From the NCBI RefSeq assembly GCF_039654945.1, contig NW_027361819.1, positions 2,666,001 through 2,730,000 of the forward strand: a stretch of 64,000 nucleotides of DNA. The letters run 5' to 3'. Positions 1 to 11,765 of this stretch are shown one piece after another. The position numbers and the translations under genes are program-made. The stretch's first letter is position 1. The number at the start of each line of letters is the position of its first letter. The notes beneath the pieces were generated by a model. That model saw only the letters and a program-made list of their open reading frames with translations. It ran no database searches and was not told the origin of the DNA. This stretch comes from Dendrobates tinctorius. Lineage: Eukaryota.

Positions 1-1054
1 AGGCGCCTTGCCGCATCGCCGGATCCGTCATAAAATATACCGGTTTCATCCGGTTTTCCATCCGTTTCTTCCTTTTTTAACCGGATCCGGTTTTAGAAAC
101 GCCCCCAAAACGTTATTGGCTACTGGATAACTACAGGAAACCTATATATACATTGGTTTTACACCCCTTGCTTGATAGGTTGTTGGAGATTGTTGGAGAG
201 CAATAGGAAAAATGGAAGCTGTTATTGCAAACATCCTGCAGATATATGTGGATTTCACTTTTGAGGCCAATCGTTTGGCAATGATTGTCATGCAGAAGGA
301 GCGAGAAAGACAGCGTGTCATGCGTCTTCACCGACGTCGGATTTGGATTCACTCTATAACGGCACTGAGGATGACACGTGGGGTGTTTTCCACTTTATAT
401 CTTGAGTTGCGAGCCAATCCAGAGATGGATGGCTGGCGACTGCTGCTGAATGGCTGGCAACTCCTGATGGATGGATGGATGGATGGATGGCAAATCCCAC
501 TGGATAGCTGGGAGGATGGCTGGCAACTCCTGATGGATGGAAGGATGGATGGATTGATTGAAGTCTTGCTGGATGACTCCTCTGGTGTTCTGAAGGACAA
601 ATAATGAATGAAGCCCTACCTATCAGGTTTCTATACCTTTTCTGTGGGGTTTGGTTGCCAACTTTTTTGGATGAGTTGATACTTTTTTGAGCATGCTCAG
701 ACCAAAAAAACGAATCCGGCCGCCGGATCCGGAAAAAAACGGAATACGCCGGATCCGGCGCCTATAGGCTTCCATTATAAAAAAAAAAAACGGATGATGC
801 CGGATCCGGCATTATCCGGTTTTGCAACGCAGACAAAAAACGTTACATGTAATGTTTTTTCCAGACGCCAGACCAGCAATTTTTGCCGGATCTGGCAAAA
901 GCCGGATGCACCGCATGCCCATGCGGCGTAATGCGGCGCCAATGCAAGTCAATGGGGGAAATACCGGATCTGGCGATAAACAATGCCGGATCCGGTTTTA
1001 AGATTTTTCGCCGCAGGCCGCCGGATTACAAAAGCCTGAAGTGTGAAAGTGGCC
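1..1054 (+). mobile_element. Internally deleted PIF/Harbinger DNA transposon (right part), with a transposase N-terminal remnant
   Basis: Ends in GTGTGAAAGTGGCC followed by TAA. The paralogous empty site has a single TAA at 40066-40068. Many CCGGATCCGG subterminal motifs. ORF 212-604 begins RRRIWIHSITALRMTRGVFSTLYLELRANPE, resembling Harbinger transposase N-termini, then runs into a (GGAT)n repeat. Confidence 0.75.
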
Positions 1055-1833
1055 TAACTGGTGCTCCTACATCTGAGTATGAGTCGTAAGGTTTCCATAG
1101 ACTAAAGCTGATGAAAAGCCATAATCAACGATAAGGATGAAATTTACCTATAAGCAATCCTTTTATCAGACGGATGACACACTCAACTCATCTGGAAAGA
1201 AGTCGGCTACTTGTGAAGTCTACCGGAGGATAGTCAAAATATACATTTTTTGGCTTTAATGAAAGATCTTTTATCGAAGACCTTTTTCTCTGTCATGCAT
1301 TGCTAATGAGGACTAAAAAGGGTACGAACATTATCAAACTGATCCACTCGCTCATCTTGTACATTATCATTATGTATTTGGCTGTCTATAAGAAAAGTTA
1401 CACCCCGAAAAACCTGCAAGACGAGGGAATCCACGAACCTAGGACACCTCAATATGAGATAAGACATGAAGACACTCGCGTCCATCAAACACCCATGAGG
1501 AATCGTATGTTGAAAAGCAAAGTATCGATCAAGATACCAATTAAATTAATGCCCACTCATTTGGTCGGTTCGTCTTTGATTATTATGAAGACCTTGGAGT
1601 CAATATTATGGAAGGGATGATCTGGTGTAAATAAGTAAAAATGGGTAGGAAAAAAAAGGTGCTGCAGATGGACACGTTTTCGTGATTGTACACAAAATAC
1701 AGCAGCAAATATAATCCACAAATTGTTTTGCATGTACGAGAGAAAAGAAAGGGCTTTCACCTGTACAAACCACATAGTACAAACAGCATCACAAAACCAC
1801 AATAAGGTCGAATTCACACATCAATTTATTATG

Positions 1834-4800
1834 ATCCATGTAGTGCTGGACATGTGTTTATCTGACCACAACATTTTATTGGGTCCTGGTGTCTCAATTT
1901 AGTGTGATTGATTAACGAGAAGAGAGAGAGGCATAAAAAAAAAAGTTCTAAGTCTTATCCTCCTATATATTCAGACATAGCTTGGGGATAGCATTTATGC
2001 AGGGGGCATTTATGCACACTTTATCCAAGTACAGTTTATCAAAGTACTGGCAGTTATAACATGGCAGGAGACAGGTAAGACATTTATATCCATCTACTCC
2101 CTGTACATTTGGAGTACAACAAATATATACCATATGCATTTGTGTAATTTTTATCCTGGCCGCTGCATTCACACACATCCACCGCCCTGGCATTAACTCT
2201 CTACACTCCATCCACATTGGCCCCTCGCTTCTTTCCTCTCCTATGTATAGCACTCATGCTCTTTTCACGTTGTTAAACTGCACAGATCCAGTCAGTCCCA
2301 CCATTCAACATCAGAGACGCTCTCACAAATCACTTAACTATCTGCTCACTCTTTCTATCCTCCTTCTCCTAGTCGCAGGAGACATTGCTCCCAACCCTGG
2401 TCCCCCATTTTATTGAAAGTCAAACCTCCCGACTGCTACACTCAGAAACCCCTCTAATCTTATTAATATTCCCTGCATGCCATCTGTCTCTCTTAATTGT
2501 GCACTTTGGAATTCTCGCTCAGTGTGTAACAAACTCTCCTTCATTCATGACTTTTTCCTTTCTAATTCTCTTAACCTCCTGGCTCTTACTGAAACCTGGA
2601 TCCAGCAGTCAGACACTACCGCTGCTGCTGCTCTTTCATACAGGGGGCTTCACTTCTCTCATACCCCAAGATCAGACAATAGAGCTGGTGGAGGCGTTGG
2701 TCTGCTCCCATCACCAAAATGTACCTTTCAGGTTATCCCTCAAGTACCCTCACTTGTCTTCCCTTCTTTTGAGGTCCATGCCGTCAGACTCTACACCCCC
2801 TTCTCCATGCGAGTGGCGGTGGTGTATCGTCCTCCCGGCCCCTCCCATCAGTTCCTGGATCATTTTGCCACTTGGCTTCCACATTTTCTCTCCTGTGACA
2901 TCCCTACCCTCATCATGGGAGATTTCAACATCCCCATTGCTCTTCCCCTCTCACCATCTGCTACTCACCTTTTATCTCTAACCTCCTCATTTGGCCTTTC
3001 GCAGCTTACTAATTCTCCAACGCATGAAGACGGAAACTCCCTCGACTTGGTCTTCTCTCGGCTTTGTGCAGTGGATGATTTTGCAAACTCCCCTCTCCCG
3101 CTCTCTGACCACAATCTTCTTTCATTCTCTATCAAGAACTGCCAGGCTGCTCAGGTCACCCCCACTGTCCAGACTTATAGAAACATACAGGCCATTAACA
3201 CCCAGAAACTTATGAAGAACTTGCAGTCTTCATTGGCCCCTATCTCCTCCCTCTCATGTCCTGATTCTGCATTGAAGCATTACAATGAAACACTTCAAAC
3301 GGATGAATTTGCACCCCCTATAAATAGAACACCACAACGCAGACGGCGACAACCCTGGCACACAGTGCAAACACGTTTCCTGCAGCGGTGCTCCAGGTGC
3401 GCCGAACGTCTGTGGAGAAAATCCAATCTACCCAAAGATTTCATCCATTTTAAGTTTATGCTTAGAACATACAACACTGCCCTTCACCTCTCCAAACAAA
3501 CCTATTTCAACACCCTCATCACCTCACTGTCCAATAACCCAAAACGTCTCTTTGACACTTTTCATTCTCTACTCAATCCAAGAGTACAGGCCCCAACCAC
3601 GCAGCTCCGAGCTGACGATCTGGCCAATTACTTCAAAGAAAAAATTGACCAGATCCGACAGGAAATATCTCCCAATCACCTCATACCATGCACTGTCCTC
3701 CCTCCCCCACTGCATGTAGCTCACTCTCTGATTTTGAACCAGTCACAGAAGAAGTAAGCAGGCTCCTTGCATCTTCTCGCCCAACTACTTGCACCAGTGA
3801 CCCATTTCCGTCACAGCTCCTCCAGTCCCTTTCCCCTGCTGTCACCCCTCACCTAACTAAAATATTTAACCTCTCTCTCTCTTCTGGTATTTTTCCCTCC
3901 TCATTTAAGCATGCCATCATACATCCATTACTTAAAAAAACCAACCCTCGACCAAAACTGTGCCGCTAACTATAGACCTGTCTCTAATCTTCCCTTCATC
4001 TCTAAACTCCTGGAACGCCTGGTCCACACCCGTCTTATCCGCTATCTCTCAGAAAACTCTCTTCTCGATCCTCTCCAATCCGGTTTCCGCTCTTTACACT
4101 CCACTGAAACTGCCCTCACTAAAGTCTCTAATGATCTGCTAACAGCTAAATCAAATGGTCACTACTCCATGCTAATTCTCTTGGATCTCTCTGCAGCATT
4201 CGACACTGTGGATCATCAGCTCCTCCTCACTATGCTCCGTTCCATTGGCCTCAAGGATACCGTTCTCTCCTGGTTCTCCTCCTATCTCTCCGACCGCTCC
4301 TTTACTGTATCTTTTGCCGGTTCCTCCTCCTCCCATCTTCCCCTTACTGTTGGGGTCCCCCAAGGATCGGTTCTAGGCCCCCTCCTCTTCTCCTTGTACA
4401 CTGCCCCTATTGGTCAAACAATCAGTAGATTTGGTTTCCAGTACCATCTCTATGCTGATGACACCCAATTATACGCTTCTTCTCCTGACATCACGCCAGC
4501 CTTTCTAGAAAACACCGGCAATTGTCTAAACGCTGTGTCTAACATCATGTCCTCACTATATCTGAAACTGAACCTGTCAAAGACAGAACTCCTGGTGTTT
4601 CCTCCCTCTACTAATGTACCTACACCCGACATTGCCATTTCTGTGTGTGGTTCCACTATTACTCCCCAGCAACAGGCCCGCTGTCTTGGGGTCATACTTG
4701 ATTCCGAGCTTTCCTTTGCCCCCCACATTCGATCACTGGCTCGCTCTTGTTATCTGCACCTCAAAAACATTTCTAGAATTCGACCTTTTCTTACCTTTGA

Positions 4801-6460
4801 CTCTGCAAAAACTCTTACTGTTTCTCTTATTCATTCTCGTCTCGACTATTGTAACTCTCTTCTAATTGGTCTCCCTCTTACCAAACTCTCCCCTCTCCAA
4901 TCTGTCTTGAATTCTGCAGCCAGGATCATATTCCTCACCAATCGTTACACCGATGCCTCTACCTTGTGCCAGTCATTACACTGGCTACCCATCCACTCCA
5001 GAATTCAGTATAAACTTATTACCCTCACTCACAAAGCCCTCCATGGCTCAGCACCACCCTACATCTCCTCCCTTGTTTCAGTATACCACCCTACCCGCGC
5101 CCTCCGTTCTGCTGATGACCTGAGGTTAGCATCTTCAATAGTCAGAACCTCCCACTCCCGTCTCCAAAACTTTACACGTGCCGCGCCAATTCTTTGGAAT
5201 GCACTTCCCAGGTCAATACGATTAGTCCCCAATCCCCACAATTTTAAGCGTGTCCTGAAAACGCATTTATTCAGACTGGCCTACCGCCTCAACACATTAA
5301 CTGTTATGATTCCACCACACGGCGGGGAAGGAAGGTGCCACTGAGCTCCACCCCCCGCTGACCCTACCTACTTGCCGGTCCCACCCTAGCCGGTGGGCGA
5401 CAACTGGGCGGCGGTCCCTTCCTCGGCGTAAGTGCAGGGAGCTACAGTGAGGGTAAACCGAGGGTGGAATTAATGCTGGACAACCTAAGGGAGACAAGCA
5501 GCAGCAAGGAGGACTACAAGAGTGATACTAAAGAGAGAACGAACCTGAAGGGTTAATCCACGAAACCCAAAACTACCACACCAAACAGTACTAAACTTTC
5601 AGCAAAGACAAGCGGAAAGCTAGAGTCCAGAGGTACTCAGACGAAAGAGAGACCGGGAGGCTGTCAGAGGTTGTACCGGGCAGCGCAGTGGAGAAGGCAG
5701 GAATCCGTACCACAAAAGAATCACCAGCAAGGAGTGAAAGCCCTGAGGAGTGCTAAATAGGAAGAAGGCGGGACATACGAACAGGAAACAGTGAAGCAGC
5801 CAATCACCAGAACGGGGAAGAATGATGAACGAAAAAGAACTAGTTGATCAGAAACTGAATATTCCGACTGGCTGTGTGGCACAGCCAGTAAGGCAGCGAA
5901 ACTTGCTGTGGAACCCAGACTAGACCCCGGTACGAATCCTGACATTACCCCCTCCTTTATGAGGGGCCTCCGGACCCTCACCCGGGGAAGGCTTCTCAGG
6001 AAAATCGACATGGAACCTCCTACACAACCTGGGGGCATGAACCTCGGAATGAGACACCCACGACCTCTCCTCAGGGCCATACCCTGACATTAACCTAATC
6101 TATCCCTGTGTGGCAGAGCCAAAAGTTTTACCATAGCCAGGTTCCCCGCATCATTCTCCCACATGCTTTATGCATCCATTAGCCCTCTGCGCCTGTACTG
6201 TCACACACCTAACATTATGGCTGGTCCATACAATTAGGGCAACTGTTACCACCCACCTTTCGTGTCTACCTCTTTCCTCATAGACTGTAAGCTTGCGAGC
6301 AGGGCCCTCTTTCCTCTTGGTATTTGTTATAATCTACTGTATGTGATTATTGTTATGCTGTAATGTCTATTGTCTGTACAAATCCCCTCTGAAATGTAAA
6401 GTGCTGCGGAATATGTCGGCGCTATAAAAAAAATAAAATTTATTATTATTATTATTATTA
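1834..6460 (+). mobile_element. Near full-length L2 (CR1/L2 clade) LINE, frameshifted APE endonuclease and reverse transcriptase
   Basis: ORF 2477-3757 has endonuclease motifs (WNSRS, LTETW, GDFN, LDLVF, SDH). ORF 3911-5344 has RT motifs ([14 protein letters not shown]). Ends in a (TTA)n tail. Absent from the paralogue at ~43330. Confidence 0.95.
5302..6089 (-). mobile_element. Deleted chromodomain-type Gypsy: chromodomain tail, PPT and one LTR (5302-5944)
   Basis: TG...CA ends and 5-bp TSD TTAAC (5297-5301, 6090-6094). The minus strand reads GYGPEERSWVSHSEVHAPRLCRRFH, then polypurine tract AAGGAGGGGGTAA, then TGTCAGG. The related L2 at 41396-41400 shows the empty site. Confidence 0.88.
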
Positions 6461-6603
6461 TTGTCATGCGCAAAAAAAAAAAGAAAAAAAAAAAAATCAC
6501 AAAAACGACAAATGAACAAGTCCAAACAAAAAAGGTATGTGTTCAACGCAAGAAAATATGCAGACAGAGCTTAGACGTGTGAACGGGGCCTTACTCAGAA
6601 TAA

Positions 6604-6952
6604 GGGCTCTTCAGACGTCCGATTTTTCCATGTATGAGACAGACTGATTCTTCAGATCAGAGTGTGGTATAAGGGTCATCCGATTTTCTCGTACATGGAG
6701 AAATAAATAAAAATTCTCCCCCTTCCCCATTCTGACAGTCTATGAAACTCAGACCGAACGCGGACCCATTGACTTGCATTGCCGATTTAGATCTGAGTCT
6801 CGGAGCAAAATTATACATATCTCTGAGATTTTCCGCCATTCACTTGGTCCAAGGAAAAAGTCTGATATTTGATTGGTCCCTTAAACTATCACAGTTACGA
6901 GTGTTATCCAGGAAAATCACAGTCAGCAAAAATCAAACATCTGAATGAGGCG
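6604..6952. mobile_element. Harbinger-type MITE (shared with the paralogue at 43445-43825)
   Basis: Degenerate TIRs GGGCTCTTCAGACGTCCGATTTT / AAAATCAAACATCTGAATGAGGCG flanked by TAA. Confidence 0.6.
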
Positions 6953-7379
6953 TAAGATGCACCGCCTCTTTATTACCGGAACTTGAAGAAAAGTGAGTAA
7001 ATAGTAATGGACAACTTCTATATTTTATATTATCATCATTACTATTTTGCATTGTATTGTCACCTTATATACCTGGTCCATTTTCCTTGATTCTTGTCAG
7101 TAACACCTGGTCACCTTTGTGTGTGCACTCACTGTAGGGTGTCAGTGTTACCCTTTTATCCCAATAAAAACAATGTTTTACTCTTTACAGTTATCGTCCT
7201 TTCATCTTTTTTTTTACCTTGTTGTTCGGTCGTTCCTCCTTATTTAATGATCTTGTTTCCAAATGGTCTTCCATAGACAAGTATGTAAGTGCACATACTA
7301 CTAACCTTATTCTTTGATACTGCATATACTACTTTTTAGTATATACTATTGCTTCGCTCGGTGTGTAATTTTTCTTTAG

Positions 7380-8091
7380 TTTCTATGGTAGCATAGGCCA
7401 CCCCTATCATCCAGTCCCCACAGTCACTTGCTTCCACCTCCCACAAATGCCGTCCTGAAGGAAAGCTTTTGTTGCTCAGGACCTGAACACAGTAAAATTT
7501 TTCTGGCCGTCTTAAGTTAAGCTTTGATTTGCAGGCGGTCTTCAGGTCTCCTGAGATCAAAAGCTAATAGCTGTCTTTTCATCCAGTATTATCTCAGAGG
7601 CCTCCAACAACTGAAGTTCTTCCATTGCAGATTTCTGTGCAAAGTCATAGAAATGAGAACTTCGACCAGACTTTTTACGTGGTTGGATGGTAGCCATCTG
7701 ATACAGTCAGAGATCCCGGTAGACGGCCTGTTAGGATAGTTAATGGATCAGTCATCTGACACAGTTTCTCAATATCGGATATCTGCTTAGATATATTTTT
7801 CACTTTTATTTCCAGTTCTTGGACCTGTTCACAAAGGCAGTGCATAACTTGCTCTTCCTGCCTTGAGACCTCTCGTAAGACACGTCTTTCTAGGGAATAT
7901 AACTGTGCCCTTATATCAGTAAAGAGAACGTCTACTTGGTCCTTTATGGCTTTTGCTTCGTCTTTCGCGTTTTCCATTTCTGACTCTAAGTCCTTGATTC
8001 TATTTTGAGTCTTTTCCTTCCTTAGGATTCGTCTTCTCAACAAGCCCACGAGTTTCTCCTTCTTCTCAGAAGCACTTTGTAGGAGTTGCAC
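7380..8091 (-). pseudogene. TRIM pseudogene (coiled coil and partial PRY-SPRY only)
   Basis: Highly similar to 44413-45188. The start codon, RING and B-boxes are deleted, the SPRY C-terminus is lost, and there are several internal deletions and frameshifts (ORFs 7675-8115 and 7336-7560). Confidence 0.93.
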
Positions 8092-8633
8092 TGAAAACTT
8101 GTAAGACAGTCCCATAAAGAGCTAAACTCTATTTCTGTCCTGTAAATCTTGAAAATGTGTATTACGTACGTGTAGCTTTCTGTAATCTTTCCATAAAGTC
8201 ACAGGTTTTTTAATAAGAAGCTAAACCTGATTGTAAATTAGGGGTTTCTAGAGGCTGTTTCCTAATCTTTCATTGCTTTTTGTGATGGTTCTCATCATCT
8301 TCGAAGACAATAATTTAGTTGAAATGATGATCTGAACAAAACAACTTATTGGGGTCGGCCATGATCTAGAATTCCATTTATGGGATGCAGTTGTCTTGAT
8401 ATCCATTTGTGGGAATCAGTTGGTTGGGATTCCACTGATAATATAAGAAGCATCATAACAGTCCTTAGAGCTGTGGTCTTTCCCATATTAATGTTGGGAT
8501 ATTCACACTACCACTGGGCACTGCCGTCCACCAGTCCGGAGCGATGACCATAACCTCTTTACAGGACTTTCGCTGATGCCATGCAGATCTGTCATTTTGC
8601 ACAAATGAGTTTTCAAACAACAGAAAATTCTAA

Positions 8634-9494
8634 GGCTATGTGCCCACGTAGCGTTTTAAAATGCACAATGAAAACCGGACTCCTTCCCAGAAATCGCGCA
8701 GTTTTTTCCGCGCGATTTCACCGCGATTCTGTTCGAGATTTTGCTGCAATTTTCTCAAGCACTTTCCAAGAGATTTGAAGCATCGCTTGGAAAGTGATTG
8801 ACAAGTGTGAGCAGCTTTTTACTATTGAGGAGGCCTATGCGGCATCAATAGTAAAAGATAAAATGTTAAAAATGATAAAAAAATAAAAAATCGGGGTATA
8901 TTTATCTTCCGATGTCCCGCGCAGTCTCAGCGACCCTCCCGTTCCCAGTAATGCCTTGCGAGACCTGTGATGACGTTGGTCTCGCGTTGCTATAGCGATC
9001 TCACGAGACCGCTAGAGTCCCGCGAGACTACGTCATCACAGGACCTTGCCGCAAGGCATTACTGGGAACGCTGAGGCCGGGAATGCAGCGCGGGACGTCG
9101 GAAGGTAAATATACCCCGATTTTTTATTTTTTATTCTTTTTTTTACAGTGGTGTGGTACCCAGGGCCTGGAGGACAGTCTCCTCTCCTCCACACCGTGGG
9201 TACCAACCGCACGAGACGCTTAACTTCCCGCATGGCGGGCATAGCCACATGCGGGAAGTAAGCGGTTCTCATGCATTCCTATGGGTGCGGAATCGCGGCA
9301 ATTCTTTGCGATTCCGCACAAAAGAATGATCATGCCGCAATTTTTTCCGCGATGCGATTCCGCCGCAGAAAAAAGCATAGCATGTACAGAATGCCATAGG
9401 AATGCATGGGGTGCGTCATGTACAAGATTTTTAAACATTTTTGCAGCGTTTTCGCGCCAAAAACGCTTAAAAATCGCATCGTGGGCACACAGCC
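8634..9494. mobile_element. Harbinger-type non-autonomous element
   Basis: TIR GGCTATGTGCCCACG / CGTGGGCACACAGCC with TAA on both sides. The empty site (single TAA) is at ~46867 in the paralogue. Confidence 0.85.
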
Positions 9495-10130
9495 TAAAAC
9501 ATCTTTTTTTGACACCGATCTGCATCCATCAGGCTCACTTGTGTGGCAAAAAGGTACAGACGTCTGGTAGAAAACAGTCTAAATTGACTGCCTCGTCTGT
9601 TCAAAATCTCCAGAGTACGAGAATCAGAGTATTATTTAGATTTTAGGTAGTGATTAACAAATGAAGTTGATCTGGTTAAAAGGGGGGATTATCATCTTAG
9701 GACTTGTTATCATCCTAGCTGCATCTGTTTTTTTTATTCTTTGAAGCAGGTAGATTGAACTTTTTTTTTTTTTAATCCATTGGCTCTTAATGTGGTTATA
9801 AACAGATGAAACACAGATGGAAAACTGAAGTATAGAGTTCATCTTCCTAGTTTCATTCATGTCTCATGGGCCCCATAGACTTTATGATCAGAAGAAAATA
9901 ACAGGACCTGCTCTGAGTGACATTAACGTGTTTTTAAAACCAATGCTTATATATGAATCAGTGAAACTCTATGGGTCAGGAAACAGCGCCAGCTCTGGGA
10001 AATGTCGCACGGATTTGGAAATGAATCCTCTTACATTAGTTAACTGGCTCGTTTTCCTACTTGTACCCAATTCTCCCTTTACGTCAGCTAGAACACGGAT
10101 GTTTTTGGAACCCTGCACAGGATCTCATTT

Positions 10131-11260
10131 AATATATAAAGCTCAATGTGTGTGTGTATGTATTGTGGTGTAGTGACCACTGTGTCCGCTAGTGGACGCT
10201 GTGTGGATGTCCAAGGAGAGAGGATGAATGGCAGAGTCATGAATGACCATTATGTATCTCAAGGTGGGTGGCCTTGAGATGGAGACTGATGTGTGTATTG
10301 ATCAGCAGTGATATTGCTGAGGTGTTGTTTCAATGTGTCAGGGAGAAGTCTCCAGGTAACTGGGTTCGCCCGTCTCCCCAACTGAGACGGGCGGACCCAG
10401 TTACCTACAAACCCAGTTACCTACAAACCCACCCAGGGGGTGTGTTTAAGGACGCTATTGCAAAGAGTGTGAATGGGTCAAGGACCTGTGATGAGGTTAC
10501 AGCCATGTGACCCGGTGGGCGTGGCTACGGACCATATATGGTGACCAGGGTAGGTCACATGTGGTGAATGCTGAGACCCGGTTGGTCCAGTGTGGAAGGT
10601 CCTGCTAACAGCCTGTGAAGTGACAGTGAGTAATGGCGACATGTGCCTGTTAGTTACCTGGAGGGAATGAACGTGTGCAGCATGATGAAGGAACCATGAG
10701 GCTACCCTGACATGGGTGAGATAGCTGAGGCTAGAACGCCTGTGTATGCATAACCTGTATGACTACAGGGTACCAGAGCTGAACTCTGTCATGGACGCTA
10801 TGCTGATAAGTGAACTTTATGTTGCTGTTATGAGTTTATGGAAAACCTGTGCCGGATCTGATTTTGTGGCTGCTGAGCAAGTGATCCCCAACCCGAATGA
10901 CAGCACTACCTCACAGTATGCATGTATGTATGTCCGGGATTGGCATCCGCACCGTCGCAGCTACAGCCACAAAATTTGGCACAGTCACACGTCTGGACCC
11001 CGAGAGCATCACAGGCTATGTTGTGAGGCGAAATTTTAACCCCGCGCGTTCCAATTCACCAAACAATTTTGCCCCTATCTACATAATGGGGAAAAAGTGA
11101 AAGGAAAAGTGTTGTAGGTAAATTGACAGCTGCCAGATGTGAACAAGGGGGACTGAAAGAATGAGAGCGATGGCGCCAAAGAGTATATACCGTACAGTTG
11201 CTAAGGTGGGGCCCTGACATGGGATACTCACCACACACGGGGATATGAACACACACACAA
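10131..11260 (+). mobile_element. Non-autonomous Helitron-like 5' fragment, interrupted by a solo LTR
   Basis: Starts ATATATAAAGCTCAATGTGTGTGTGTATG, like the complete Helitron at 48010, and resumes at 10916 after the LTR. No CTAG end seen. Confidence 0.5.
10164..10915. mobile_element. Solo LTR
   Basis: Imperfect terminal inverted repeats TGTGGTGTAGTG ... CACTACCTCACA, with 4-bp TSD GTAT. Confidence 0.8.
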
Positions 11261-11263
11261 AAT

Positions 11264-11765
11264 GCATAAGTCACACTGATAAATGTGATGCAAAAGTGTC
11301 TGAGCAGCCTATTGATCACGCCCATAGTATTAGCAGGCGGGCTGCTCTGCACTATATATACATGCATCACACAAAGAACCAAGCCAACATAAAGGGTTCT
11401 AGCTGCATCCTGCTAAAAAGTGCAAAAAGATAATTGATATGGGGTCCCCAGATATTGTGAGTCCCTAACACTAAATATAAACAAACACTAATAAGAAAAA
11501 ATCCATGTTAGGGACTCACAATATCTGGGGACCCTTGACGCTGGGTTGTGAGCTTATCTGCTCTGGCCAAAATAGTAACCAATACCCCATATCAATTATC
11601 TTTTTGCACTTTTTAGCAGGATGCAGCTAGAACCCTTTATGTTGGCTTGGTTCTTTGTGTGATGCATGTATATATAGTGCAGAGCAGCCCGCCTGCTAAT
11701 ATTATGGGCGTGATCAATAGGCTGCTCAGACACTTTTGCATCACATTTATCAGTGTGACTTATGC
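11264..11765. repeat. 182-bp near-perfect inverted repeat with a nested ~30-bp inverted repeat
   Basis: 11264-11445 is the reverse complement of 11584-11765 (one mismatch seen). The inner pair is ~11441-11470 / 11506-11534. Confidence 0.95.

Larger units (their letters stand above)
1055..10125 (+). repeat. Segmental duplication copy 1 (SULT 3' flank, TRIM, TRIM upstream region)
   Basis: Colinear matches by eye: 1055-1219/40066-40230, 1683-1830/43175-43330, 6462-7010/43333-43915, 7380-8091/44413-45188, 8100-8630/45705-46865, 9510-10125/46895-47740. Confidence 0.92.

Noticed and set aside
1107-1140. CTGATGA hammerhead-like core (also at ~40119)
   Set aside because: No stem II or properly placed GAAA and stem III.
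1300-1620. 106-aa ORF in the diverged paralogous block
   Set aside because: The frame is not preserved in the paralogue (40340-40665) and no recognisable domain is present.
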